From a virus (Duplodnaviria; Caudoviricetes): 30,225 bases of DNA. A program made the position numbers and the translations under genes. This document shows positions 7,986-16,364 of this stretch, piece after piece; position 1 is the stretch's first letter, and the number at the start of each line of letters is the position of its first letter. The stretch spans positions 1 to 30,225 of IMG/VR virus record IMGVR_UViG_3300043465_001357; one strand, given 5' to 3'. Below the pieces are notes generated by a model. That model did not search any database, had not been told where the DNA came from, and saw only the letters and a program-made list of their open reading frames with translations.

Positions 7986-8243
7986 CTACTCTTGTGGTAG
8001 GTCTTTTATAACTTCCTCATAGTATTCTGGGGTTGGGTTAGAATACCAATCATTCAATGCTTGGGAAGACATTATTCTTTTTTCAAATACTGGTGCCCCT
8101 GCATCGGAATGTAATCTTAAATCAGTCGTATATGTTCCATCTTCATTTGGAGAGTAATGAACTCTTCCAATTTCAATAGTAAAACCATAGTCATAGGCAT
8201 CTCCATTTATATCTATGCCCTTTGATCCTTCTTTGTTTATCAT
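7986..8243 (-). CDS. Hypothetical protein
   Basis: ORF track; ATGA coupling and AAGGAAG SD. Confidence 0.7.
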   Translation of the reverse strand: MINKEGSKGIDINGDAYDYGFTIEIGRVHYSPNEDGTYTTDLRLHSDAGAPVFEKRIMSSQALNDWYSNPTPEYYEEVIKDLPQE

Positions 8244-9127
8244 GCTTCGTCTTCCTTAATTATCATATCGTTTACCGCTCCTTCTGGAACACGGCCTTCT
8301 TTTACTGCATTTTCTTGATTTCTACGTGCATTTGATTTAATATCTGCAGTAGTTAGGCTATCTTTAAATCCTTCTGGTAGCTTGGATTCGTCATCCAGAC
8401 CAGCGTAAGGATCTTCTAGCAATGGGTGCGCTTCTCCAAGCGTCCACTGTCTTTTTAGCTGGAACTGGTGAATTCTTTCTTTAAGAATCATGCGCTCCAT
8501 TTCTTGTAATTCCGCTTCTGAATACCATGCGTCTGCATAGTCCCAAAAAATAACAATAGTGTATCTTGTTCCGCCAGTTATTTCTGTAACACTATGAATG
8601 TTTTCTGGGCCACCTGGGAACGATACAAAGGATCCAGCTTCTGGAACAACATCTAGTCCGTAATCTCTAAACTTTAAAACTCCACCGCTATAGTCTGGCT
8701 GTGAATTTAGATATATTCCAGCATATTGCTTGTTGTCACTCCAGCCCATATCATTTCCATCTAGGTCTGAGCTATCTGAGTGATCGTTTGCATAGGCACC
8801 AAGCTCCCATTTCTGAGCATGCATACTATTAATCTTCATTGGTCTGCCTGCAGCATCAGATACGTATTGAATCATTTTCTCACGAAGTTTTGCCATATAT
8901 TCTTCTGTTATTGTTGTGCCATGCTCTTTATCAAAAGGTGAAACAACATGCATACCGTAAGATCCATAGAAGCAGATATATCTCCACTCTTCAGAATTAG
9001 CATTAAAGAATTTAATTAGCTCTTCACACTCTTCCTTAGATATAAAGTTGTCGTATTGCCAAATCCCAGTTCCTCCTCCTCCGAGAAGTTTTCCTCCGAG
9101 CTGACTAACTACCTGTGTTTCTGACAT
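8240..9127 (-). CDS. Fe(II)/2OG-dependent oxygenase with C-terminal extension
   Basis: 'YDNFISKEECEELI', HSD, 'YLNSQPDYSGGVL', 'HSVTEITGGTRYT'; GGGAG SD. Confidence 0.92.
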   Translation of the reverse strand: MSETQVVSQLGGKLLGGGGTGIWQYDNFISKEECEELIKFFNANSEEWRYICFYGSYGMHVVSPFDKEHGTTITEEYMAKLREKMIQYVSDAAGRPMKINSMHAQKWELGAYANDHSDSSDLDGNDMGWSDNKQYAGIYLNSQPDYSGGVLKFRDYGLDVVPEAGSFVSFPGGPENIHSVTEITGGTRYTIVIFWDYADAWYSEAELQEMERMILKERIHQFQLKRQWTLGEAHPLLEDPYAGLDDESKLPEGFKDSLTTADIKSNARRNQENAVKEGRVPEGAVNDMIIKEDEA

Positions 9128-9175
9128 GATGTCTCCCTTTTCAATATGTATTTACCCAATTATACCATTTCTTGG

Positions 9176-9688
9176 TTAAGCGGATAGTATTTTTGACAAA
9201 GCGTTAATTGTTGCTGCAATTCTGCCTATGTCACGAAGCTGCTCTACTGAGTAGCCCTCTTGCTTTAATGTTTCATAATGTGCTTTTACACAGAAATGGC
9301 ATTTACCAATAATAGAAGATGCAAGGCTATATGCTTCAAACTTTGCTTTTGTAGTGCCCCCATGGGAAGCGATAGAATTCATTCTAAGCTGTGCTGGTAG
9401 CCCAGATAAATTTTGATCATCTGCCATCTCAATATATGGATACCATACGTTATTTTGTGCCATAATGGCACCAGCAGTAAGGGCTGCATTTCTTTCAACA
9501 TCATCTGTTGCGCTTGCTGTAATGAAGGCAAGAAGCTTACCATTACCAGTTGCAAATGCTGCAGCGATAGAAAGATACATGGCATGCTCTGAATCAATAG
9601 TTGATCTATTAATTACTGCATCAAGGTTTAGCTTGATGTCTTTAGCATATTCTGGAAGAGAATCCTTAAGCTGGTCTACCCAAGTCAT
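9176..9688 (-). CDS. ahpD: Alkylhydroperoxidase AhpD
   Basis: 'LPEYAKDIKLNL', 'MAQNNVWY', 'GKCHFCVKAH' CxxC; coupled to ahpC by TAATG. Confidence 0.92.
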   Translation of the reverse strand: MTWVDQLKDSLPEYAKDIKLNLDAVINRSTIDSEHAMYLSIAAAFATGNGKLLAFITASATDDVERNAALTAGAIMAQNNVWYPYIEMADDQNLSGLPAQLRMNSIASHGGTTKAKFEAYSLASSIIGKCHFCVKAHYETLKQEGYSVEQLRDIGRIAATINALSKILSA

Positions 9689-10263
9689 TATAGAGTTTCT
9701 CCACCAATTGTTCTATTGCATGCACATAGCTCTCCTGTTTGAAGTGCATCTAGAATACGTAATGTTTCTTCTGGGTTTCTGCCGACGTCAAGGTTATTTA
9801 CAGTTACATGCTGGATGATGTTTTCTGGATCTACAATAAATGTAGCACGTAGTGCAACTCCTTGTGGTGTTAAAATACCAAGTTGTTCTGCTAGGCCAGC
9901 AGTTGATTCTTCTGTAGCATCATTCCATTGCCAACCACGAATTTGATCTGCAAATGACCATGAATTTGTCTTTGCTAAATCTTCATGTGCATTTCTCCAA
10001 GCAATCTTACAAAATTCATTATCTGTTGATCCAGTCATAAGAACTGCATCTCTATCATCAAAGTCTTTTGATAGCTTGTCGTATGCAACAATTTCTGTTG
10101 GGCAAACAAAAGTAAAATCTTTAGGGTAAAAAACAATTACTTTCCATTTTCCAGGAAATGATTTTTCTGTTAAGGTTTCAAATGCATCTTCTGCATAATC
10201 AAGTCTTGCTGGCTTAACACCAACAACTGAAAATTGATTGAGTTTATCTCCGATTGTTTTCAT
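9688..10263 (-). CDS. ahpC: Peroxiredoxin AhpC (actinobacterial type)
   Basis: 'FYPKDFTFVCPTE', 'ALRATFIVDP', 'VGRN', 'ELCACN'; start re-called to MKTIGDKL. Confidence 0.95.
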   Translation of the reverse strand: MKTIGDKLNQFSVVGVKPARLDYAEDAFETLTEKSFPGKWKVIVFYPKDFTFVCPTEIVAYDKLSKDFDDRDAVLMTGSTDNEFCKIAWRNAHEDLAKTNSWSFADQIRGWQWNDATEESTAGLAEQLGILTPQGVALRATFIVDPENIIQHVTVNNLDVGRNPEETLRILDALQTGELCACNRTIGGETL

Positions 10264-10307
10264 AATATTCTTTCTTTTGTTTATAGCATACACCATGTAT
10301 ACTACCT

Positions 10308-10336
10308 ATTATACAATAGTTATTTGACCTGGTCAA
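10308..10336 (-). promoter_or_regulatory. ahpC promoter with a palindrome over -35
   Basis: TTGACC-N17-TATAAT; TTGACC-T-GGTCAA palindrome at 10324-10336. Confidence 0.6.
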
Positions 10337-10580
10337 TAGATTGTTTTGCTTTTATTTTAATCCATTGACCGATTTTCCCCCTGTTAACTTTTTCTATTAA
10401 GACTGGGGCAAAGCTTTCATTTTTAATTTCTGAGCCTACATACTCTTCGCCCGTTTCTAGGTCTATAACCTTATATTTACCTGGAGCTTTAGTGTGTATA
10501 ATTAGATCAACCGCCTCATCTAATTCAGAGACGGTTGATCCATTTAGTAATTTTCTAATTTTTATAATCCAAGTCTTCAA
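10320..10580 (-). CDS. Hypothetical phage protein ('HTKAPGKYKVIDLETGEEYVG')
   Basis: ORF track; TTG start uncertain. Confidence 0.7.
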   Translation of the reverse strand: MKTWIIKIRKLLNGSTVSELDEAVDLIIHTKAPGKYKVIDLETGEEYVGSEIKNESFAPVLIEKVNRGKIGQWIKIKAKQSIDQVK

Positions 10581-10647
10581 TAAAATCTACTGCGTCATCT
10601 ATTGTGCGCTCATGTTCTTTATAACAGCTACCGCACTTAATGCACAT
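10555..10647 (-). CDS. Micro-protein (30 aa, MCIKCGSCYKEHERTIDDAVDFIEDLDYKN)
   Basis: Hand translation; starts 3 nt after the upstream stop; overlaps the downstream TTG ORF. Confidence 0.55.
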   Translation of the reverse strand: MCIKCGSCYKEHERTIDDAVDFIEDLDYKN

Positions 10648-10650
10648 TTA

Positions 10651-10854
10651 TTAGATCTTCTTTCTACCTGTCTTCTTGGGTGGCTTAGGTATTAGACTTG
10701 TTTCTCTTCTAATGCCGTGCTTATTTGTATCCACCTTCATACCTTGTCTTGGCTGCTTCCTTGTTGCTTCTCTGCTGGTAACAGCGCCAGCAGGTGCACC
10801 ACCAGTAGGCGGTGTTACCATGCCAGTGCCATCATCTTTTTTAAAATTACTCAT
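10651..10854 (-). CDS. Small basic, probably disordered protein (67 aa)
   Basis: ORF track; ATGAGTAA overlap with the upstream gene. Confidence 0.7.
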   Translation of the reverse strand: MSNFKKDDGTGMVTPPTGGAPAGAVTSREATRKQPRQGMKVDTNKHGIRRETSLIPKPPKKTGRKKI

Positions 10855-10996
10855 TTATAAATTGTCTTGTCTGCTCTGGTGTGGAGCTCATGCTTAATGT
10901 TAAGCCTGAATCTCCATCTCTTGAAACATCAAGAATATTTGCCTGCGTTCCACCCATAGTACTTCCTAGAGTTTCACATCCACATTCGTAACACAT
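10847..10996 (-). CDS. Micro-protein (49 aa) with N-terminal MCYECGC
   Basis: Hand translation MCYECGCETLGSTMGGTQANILDVSRDGDSGLTLSMSSTPEQTRQFINE; TAATG coupling. Confidence 0.7.
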   Translation of the reverse strand: MCYECGCETLGSTMGGTQANILDVSRDGDSGLTLSMSSTPEQTRQFINE

Positions 10997-11127
10997 TAGC
11001 CGTTTCTATTTTCCCAAGCCCATGCAGCAAATTCAGGTGTTCCTGGCGCTGGTACTGCTGATTTAGGTGCAACAGGTGCTGCTGGTGCAACAGGTGCTGC
11101 TGGTGTTTCTGCTTTAATGTTTTCCAT
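10996..11127 (-). CDS. Pro/Ala-rich micro-protein (43 aa)
   Basis: Hand translation MENIKAETPAAPVAPAAPVAPKSAVPAPGTPEFAAWAWENRNG; 18-nt tandem repeat. Confidence 0.7.
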   Translation of the reverse strand: MENIKAETPAAPVAPAAPVAPKSAVPAPGTPEFAAWAWENRNG

Positions 11128-11128
11128 A

Positions 11129-11287
11129 TTACTTACCACCCTGTCCTAGGCCAGCACCATCTTGTGTTGACTTATCTGTAACAGGAAATGCTGAGCCTGT
11201 GTTGTCTGAATAGTGTGCATTGATATTGTTTGTTCCTGCTGGTGTGGCAGCTTCGAATCCGCCACCATTAATTCCATTTGTTGTCAT
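11129..11287 (-). CDS. Gly/Asn/Thr-rich micro-protein (52 aa)
   Basis: Hand translation MTTNGINGGGFEAATPAGTNNINAHYSDNTGSAFPVTDKSTQDGAGLGQGGK; AGGAG SD; TGC-TATAAT at 11350-11345. Confidence 0.75.
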   Translation of the reverse strand: MTTNGINGGGFEAATPAGTNNINAHYSDNTGSAFPVTDKSTQDGAGLGQGGK

Positions 11288-11362
11288 TTTACTTCTCCTA
11301 TAGGTTATTAATTTAAGCGGGACTAGTAATCCGCTTATACAACTATTATAGCATTATTTTGA

Positions 11363-11929
11363 TCAGGCTGACTTATGTGAGGATTCTCTAACATCTGGCA
11401 AATTAAATATAATACCAGCCCTAGGCTCCTCACAATAAAGCTCATGCATAGTTTCTTTTGGAAAAAATAGAAGGTCTCCTGGTTCCATATGGAATTCTTC
11501 TGAGTACCCATCTTCTGGGTAACTTATTGTCCATATAGTTGTGCCTTGGCATTGTAATGAGAATGCGTCCCATTGATCGCTATGAGCGTGAACTATTCTG
11601 GGCCCCACTGAAATTTTAGGGCCAGATATACCCATTTCTATTCCATTTACATTCTCAAAGTCTTTTAAAAAACTAGACATAGTTCTGAAATATTCCATAT
11701 GTGTGACTTGTGGACTAAAATATACATTATTTGCTATTACAACATTTCCGACACCCTTTTCATCTTGAGAGCTTCCGCCTTTTGTCTCTACTGTTGTTTC
11801 TGACTGTATCTCTTTAAATATGCAATTTAAAAATTCTGGCCATGATGGGACGTCTTTCCAGTATCCTTTATGTATATAAGCTATGTGGTTTTCTTTTGCG
11901 TTTAATATTTCTTCTCTTATATTAATCAT
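11363..11929 (-). CDS. JmjC/cupin-4-like Fe(II)/2OG oxygenase
   Basis: 'AHSDQWDAFSLQCQGTTIW', 'MEPGDLLFFPKETMHEL'. Confidence 0.85.
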   Translation of the reverse strand: MINIREEILNAKENHIAYIHKGYWKDVPSWPEFLNCIFKEIQSETTVETKGGSSQDEKGVGNVVIANNVYFSPQVTHMEYFRTMSSFLKDFENVNGIEMGISGPKISVGPRIVHAHSDQWDAFSLQCQGTTIWTISYPEDGYSEEFHMEPGDLLFFPKETMHELYCEEPRAGIIFNLPDVRESSHKSA

Positions 11930-12051
11930 GATTTAAACTCTTTGTGCCAACATTTATCACAAATGTCTATAATTGGTCCTTCTTTTCTTGATGCAATTCT
12001 TGTTGCTTTATTACTACATTCTTTAGACCACTGACAAATATCTTCAAACAC
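11926..12051 (-). CDS. Small zinc-finger-like protein (41 aa, C-x5-C...CDKC)
   Basis: Hand translation from GTG; TAGTG and ATGA overlaps with both neighbours. Confidence 0.65.
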   Translation of the reverse strand: MFEDICQWSKECSNKATRIASRKEGPIIDICDKCWHKEFKS

Positions 12052-12191
12052 TACTTAGAGCCCTTTGCTTTCTGACCCCTGTAGCCAGTTTTTTTAATGT
12101 TCATTGATCCAGGTTTTTTTTGTCCGCTTGAATATGTTCCAGCCTGCCTTTGAGCAAGAGCTCTTTGCATTTTATCTAAATGTTTACCCAT
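12051..12191 (-). CDS. Small basic protein (46 aa, MGKHLDKMQRALAQRQAG...KKPGSMN)
   Basis: Hand translation; TAATG coupling. Confidence 0.7.
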   Translation of the reverse strand: MGKHLDKMQRALAQRQAGTYSSGQKKPGSMNIKKTGYRGQKAKGSK

Positions 12192-12814
12192 TAATTATTT
12201 AACCTTCCTAATATATCTCCTACTAAAATCCCAACTCTTGGGCCTTCAGACCAAACTTCATGAGATGTTTCTTTTGGAAAGAACAAAAGATCTCCTTCGT
12301 TTAATTCATATACCTGTGTATCTGAACCAACTATTTTCCAAAATGATTTTCCAACTATTTGTAAATATACAGCGTCCCAAGGATCGCTGTGCTCTTTCAC
12401 AAATCTATTTGACAATGAAATTCTAAAGCCTTCTGAGTGCCATATAGAGTTACATGTACATGGGCGTATATCCCAATGCTTATAAAATTTACAATCTTCA
12501 AATGATTCACCTGACCCAGAGTCTTTATTAATCTTAACAAGAAAATCTTTAAGTTGTGGTATGCCAGCCCACACCTCAGCATTTTGAGGTGCTATCCACA
12601 AAGGATCTAGCACTAAAAGATTGCCATGGAATCTTGAGCCCATGTGTCTATCTTCTTTTTGTTTTTCATGTGATTCTTCGTTGTCCATAGAAGATTGTTC
12701 GTATACATAGTTTAAAATTTGTTGCCAATCAGTATTTACTTTAAAATAATCTTTTAAGATTACTGAGGTTCTCTCTTCTTTAGCCTTAATAAAACTTTTA
12801 AGGATGTCATTCAT
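12191..12814 (-). CDS. JmjC/cupin-4-like Fe(II)/2OG oxygenase (paralog of 11363-11929)
   Basis: 'EHSDPWDAVYLQIVGKSFW', 'LNEGDLLFFPKETSHEV'. Confidence 0.85.
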   Translation of the reverse strand: MNDILKSFIKAKEERTSVILKDYFKVNTDWQQILNYVYEQSSMDNEESHEKQKEDRHMGSRFHGNLLVLDPLWIAPQNAEVWAGIPQLKDFLVKINKDSGSGESFEDCKFYKHWDIRPCTCNSIWHSEGFRISLSNRFVKEHSDPWDAVYLQIVGKSFWKIVGSDTQVYELNEGDLLFFPKETSHEVWSEGPRVGILVGDILGRLNN

Positions 12815-13032
12815 TACTTAACTTTATTTCCAAACTTGTTCCAAGCTCTTTCGTGTAAGAAAAATCCTAAAGCCTCACATGCTGTATATATGATTGCAAA
12901 TGTGCCAGCGTATTCCCAGTGGGCTTCGCCAGTAATAGCCATTTCAAAGAAATAAACTAATGTACCAACAAATCCAATATGCACTGCTGGCCAAGTAATT
13001 GATTTATATAAACTTCTTTTATTTGATTCCAT
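12814..13032 (-). CDS. DUF2061-like small membrane protein
   Basis: 'ESNKRSLYKSITW'...'FFLHERAWNK'; leaderless TAGAAT-N6-ATG. Confidence 0.8.
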   Translation of the reverse strand: MESNKRSLYKSITWPAVHIGFVGTLVYFFEMAITGEAHWEYAGTFAIIYTACEALGFFLHERAWNKFGNKVK

Positions 13033-13054
13033 ATGCCTATTCTATCATTTTAAC

Positions 13055-13088
13055 ATTAAAGGGGCAAGGGATTCCTTGCCCCTTTAAT
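13055..13088. terminator. Intrinsic terminator hairpin
   Basis: Perfect 15-bp inverted repeat ATTAAAGGGGCAAGG-gatt-CCTTGCCCCTTTAAT just after the 461-aa gene. Confidence 0.85.
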
Positions 13089-13097
13089 CGAAGTTAT

Positions 13098-14483
13098 TTA
13101 CTTCTTTAGTGCAACCTTAGCCTTTGGATTAGCCTTGTTCCACTTTGCAGCCAACTTATTATAGTCAGCCTTTGCCTTTGCTGCTGCAAGGTCATTTGCT
13201 GCCTTGACTGATGCTGCAGTTGCATCTGAAAGTGTCTTTGCATCTGCAAGAGCCTTATCTGAAGCAACCTTTGCATCTGCAAGTGTCGCAGCATGTGCTG
13301 CGATTGCATCTGCAAGAGCCTTATCTGATGAAGCCTTTAGATCAGCAAGTGCCTTAGCAGATGATACCTTTAGTGCGTCAAACAACTTATTTGTTGCTGC
13401 GATTTCTGCCTTGCTTGCTGCAAGTTCTACCTTGAGATCAGCAAGGATCTTTTCTGTAGCAGCGCCTGCTTCTGTAAGAGCCTTAATTGCTGCATCGCTT
13501 GCCTTCTTAGCATCTGCTGCTTCAGCAATAGCCTTTGCGATCTGAACATTTGCGCTTGCAAGTGCAGTTGAGAAATCATCTCTTGACTTGTTTGCTGCAG
13601 CGACTGCTGCTGCAAGTGCTGACTTGTCTGCAACATGTGATGCATTAGTCGCGTTAGCAACTGCAAGGTCTGACTTAAGTCCTGCAATGATTCCTGAAAG
13701 ATCAGAAACTGTGAACTTAGCAATGACAGACTTTACTGGAGCAGCAAGGCCAGTTACGGCTGTTACTGATGCAAGGCCCGTTGCAACCACTGTTACATCT
13801 CCAGCAACTCCTGCTGCTAGTGCTGCTGTTACAGTTCCAAGAACTGCTCCAGTAGATGTATTTGTTGCTGTAGCTGTAGTTAGTGACTTGGTGACAGTGC
13901 CATCAGCAAATGTCGAACCGATCAAGGTTACTGTTGCTGTATCTGAAACTGAGTTTCCGAATACATCGGTTGTTGTTAGAGCAATTGTAGGCACTGTCCC
14001 AACTGCTGTTGCAGAAGGAACTGTTAGTGCTAGGTTGTACGCCGCTCCAGCAGTACCAGCGATGTAAACAATTGTTGAGTATGAGCCATTAGTAATGGTC
14101 ACTGAGCCAACTGCTGTTGTAGTTGTATAAGCATAAACTGTTAATGCCGAGCCAGCAGAAGCAATTGTAAGTGTCGAAACACCTGATGCAATTGTCTTTG
14201 GTGCATCTGTTGTGTTAAGTGCTGTTACAAGCTTTACAGTTGATGAAGCAGTAAAGGTTACATTTGTACCTGTATCTGCTGTTGCTGCAAGAGCAATAGT
14301 GTTTCCAGAAGTAATGACATTACTTGATGGAACTGCTACTGTTGCTGGTGCTGCTGCTGTAGTTGCGTTAGCTGACCCTGCAACCGTAACGGCAAGAGGT
14401 GCTGCCGAAGATGGTGATACGGTAAAGCCAACGATTGCTAGAGCTGCAGCAGTAGCAATTGATACTTTCTTAAATGAGTTCAT
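13098..14483 (-). CDS. Secreted Ala/Thr-rich surface (S-layer-like) protein with coiled-coil C-terminus
   Basis: Sec signal 'MNSFKKVSIATAAALAIVG...PSSA'; beta-rich T/A/V/S N-half; Ala/Lys/Asp helical repeats (DKALADA); basic tail; AGGAG SD and own terminator. Confidence 0.7.
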   Translation of the reverse strand: MNSFKKVSIATAAALAIVGFTVSPSSAAPLAVTVAGSANATTAAAPATVAVPSSNVITSGNTIALAATADTGTNVTFTASSTVKLVTALNTTDAPKTIASGVSTLTIASAGSALTVYAYTTTTAVGSVTITNGSYSTIVYIAGTAGAAYNLALTVPSATAVGTVPTIALTTTDVFGNSVSDTATVTLIGSTFADGTVTKSLTTATATNTSTGAVLGTVTAALAAGVAGDVTVVATGLASVTAVTGLAAPVKSVIAKFTVSDLSGIIAGLKSDLAVANATNASHVADKSALAAAVAAANKSRDDFSTALASANVQIAKAIAEAADAKKASDAAIKALTEAGAATEKILADLKVELAASKAEIAATNKLFDALKVSSAKALADLKASSDKALADAIAAHAATLADAKVASDKALADAKTLSDATAASVKAANDLAAAKAKADYNKLAAKWNKANPKAKVALKK

Positions 14484-14530
14484 TTAATTTATTCTCCTTA
14501 TTTCCTCTGTGTCTTTATGATCACAGAAAT

Positions 14531-14725
14531 TTAGTGTAGTGCATTTACTTTTACATGGAAAGAGCAGGGATCTCCTCCTTCTTCCCATTCTTGCATTTCT
14601 TCATCTGTTAAAGGTGGACCATCGTGTGTGTCACAAAATACATCCGACACCCAGCCTCTGTCATAACCATTCTTGAGCCATATTTCAAACTCTAGGTGGT
14701 CTGCATCGATATCTTCTATATCCAT
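14531..14725 (-). CDS. Hypothetical acidic protein ('FCDTHDG...EEGGDPC')
   Basis: ORF track. Confidence 0.75.
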   Translation of the reverse strand: MDIEDIDADHLEFEIWLKNGYDRGWVSDVFCDTHDGPPLTDEEMQEWEEGGDPCSFHVKVNALH

Positions 14726-15018
14726 TTGGAAAGCTCATCAAGCAATACATGCTTTGGCTTAGCCCCAGTAATAGTTTTTACTGGTTTCCCTGACTTAAAT
14801 AGTACCATATAAGGTATAGAGGTTACAGAGTATTCTGCTGGTTTTATTGGATTCTCATCAACATTTAGCTTTCCCACCCATAATCCACGCTCATTCGATA
14901 TATCATCTAAGATTGGGGATACTTTTTTGCAGGGTCCACACCATGGAGCCCAAAAGTCGATAAGGACTAAATCATGTGCATCTAGAACCTTGTCAAAACT
15001 TTCATCTGTAACGATCAA
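14716..15018 (-). CDS. trxA: Thioredoxin
   Basis: 'DFWAPWCGPCK', 'KLNVDEN', 'SIP', 'GAKPK'. Confidence 0.95.
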   Translation of the reverse strand: MIVTDESFDKVLDAHDLVLIDFWAPWCGPCKKVSPILDDISNERGLWVGKLNVDENPIKPAEYSVTSIPYMVLFKSGKPVKTITGAKPKHVLLDELSKWI

Positions 15019-15019
15019 C

Positions 15020-15229
15020 TTAATCTCCCTTTAATTCATCCGCTGCTGCATTAAACTTATTCATGAATGTTTGGATTACCCAGACTGCAGTTTCTCCTGC
15101 ATTAGAAGACATGGCTTTTGAAGCCTCCTCTGTTCTATCTTCAATAGCAAGGGCGTTGTACCATTTCTGGTACAACTCCTCGCCAATCTCTTTAATAATT
15201 TCTTCTAGTACAGTTAATTTGTTATCCAT
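15020..15229 (-). CDS. Hypothetical helical protein
   Basis: ORF track. Confidence 0.7.
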   Translation of the reverse strand: MDNKLTVLEEIIKEIGEELYQKWYNALAIEDRTEEASKAMSSNAGETAVWVIQTFMNKFNAAADELKGD

Positions 15230-16334
15230 TTAATCTTGCTAACTGTGCTGTCTTATATGCAGATAGCTTGTCTGCTGCTGCTTTGACCTCTAACTGGTAC
15301 TGAAGCTCTGCATCTGCAATTAGCTTGTTGATTTCCAATTGAAGTGCTGCTTTTCTTGCGGCATCTGCTTTTGCTTTTGCATCGGAAACTTGTTGAGGTG
15401 TTAATACTGCAACATACTGATACGCTAATGCTGCATTTATGTTAATAAGTTTTTTAAACTTTCCTTGTCGACCAATTGTATCAACAGAAGTCTGTTTCAA
15501 AACATCAATAAGTTGATTCATATTTAGATTTGGCTTGGCTTGCTGCAACTTAATATACTTTGCTGCTGAAACTGCTACTGCAGCAGATGAACCAGCAACA
15601 TTTTTTACCACTCCACCAGGAGCAGTTGCTTGCCAAAATCCATAATCAAAGAAGTCAAGCTTAGACGCATCGTTGTTGCTAGATGCAGACATTTCGCCTT
15701 GTTGATCTACGTATCCAACAGAGACCGATTCGTCTATACAAGCTGGCCAGTCGATTCTGTTATAGTCACGCCCGTTGCCTGAAGGGAAGAAAACTGGGAT
15801 GTTAATAGAAGATAAATCAATAACAGACTGCTTAGTAATTGGTGTGTTGGGGCAGTAACTTGTTCCTGCAGCACCTAGATTGTGGTGTCCTTGAGACATG
15901 CTGACAGCCTTAATGTTATATTTAGATGCATTTTTCTTTACCCAATTGAGAGCATTAAACACAGTTGACTCAAGCGCTACTTGTCGTTGACCACTTGCAT
16001 TATTACCAATAATTTTAATAAACACAATTTTAGCATCAGGGTTATTTTTAAGAAAAATTGATGCCATTTGTGTTCCATGATCAAAACCATTCTTTGTAAT
16101 TAAATCGGCTGGCATTGATGCTGCTCCTGGACCCTCCATGTATGAAAGACCATTTGGGCAAGTTGTCCAATCAATAAGACAAACTTCTTGAACAATCTTA
16201 TCCTTAAACTCTGGCAAGGAAGTATCGATTGCTGTGTCTAAAATTGCAATCGTTGGTGCTGGCTCTGCAGCAATCGCCTTGATAGGCGCAATTAGTGTGA
16301 TTAGTGTAATTAATGCTATTAGTTTTTTATTCAT
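15222..16334 (-). CDS. Secreted subtilisin-like (S8) serine peptidase
   Basis: Signal peptide; 'IAILDTAID', 'HGTQMAS', oxyanion 'SGN', 'AGSSAA'; helical C-terminal tail; TTGACA-N16-TAGAAT-N6-ATG. Confidence 0.88.
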   Translation of the reverse strand: MNKKLIALITLITLIAPIKAIAAEPAPTIAILDTAIDTSLPEFKDKIVQEVCLIDWTTCPNGLSYMEGPGAASMPADLITKNGFDHGTQMASIFLKNNPDAKIVFIKIIGNNASGQRQVALESTVFNALNWVKKNASKYNIKAVSMSQGHHNLGAAGTSYCPNTPITKQSVIDLSSINIPVFFPSGNGRDYNRIDWPACIDESVSVGYVDQQGEMSASSNNDASKLDFFDYGFWQATAPGGVVKNVAGSSAAVAVSAAKYIKLQQAKPNLNMNQLIDVLKQTSVDTIGRQGKFKKLININAALAYQYVAVLTPQQVSDAKAKADAARKAALQLEINKLIADAELQYQLEVKAAADKLSAYKTAQLARLNG

Positions 16335-16364
16335 ATCTATATTCTACTAAATAACAGCAGAATG

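Noticed and set aside
13204-14487. + strand ORFs (113, 159 and 91 aa) opposite the S-layer-like gene
   Set aside because: Antisense shadows of GCN/ACN-rich codons; no SD or promoter support
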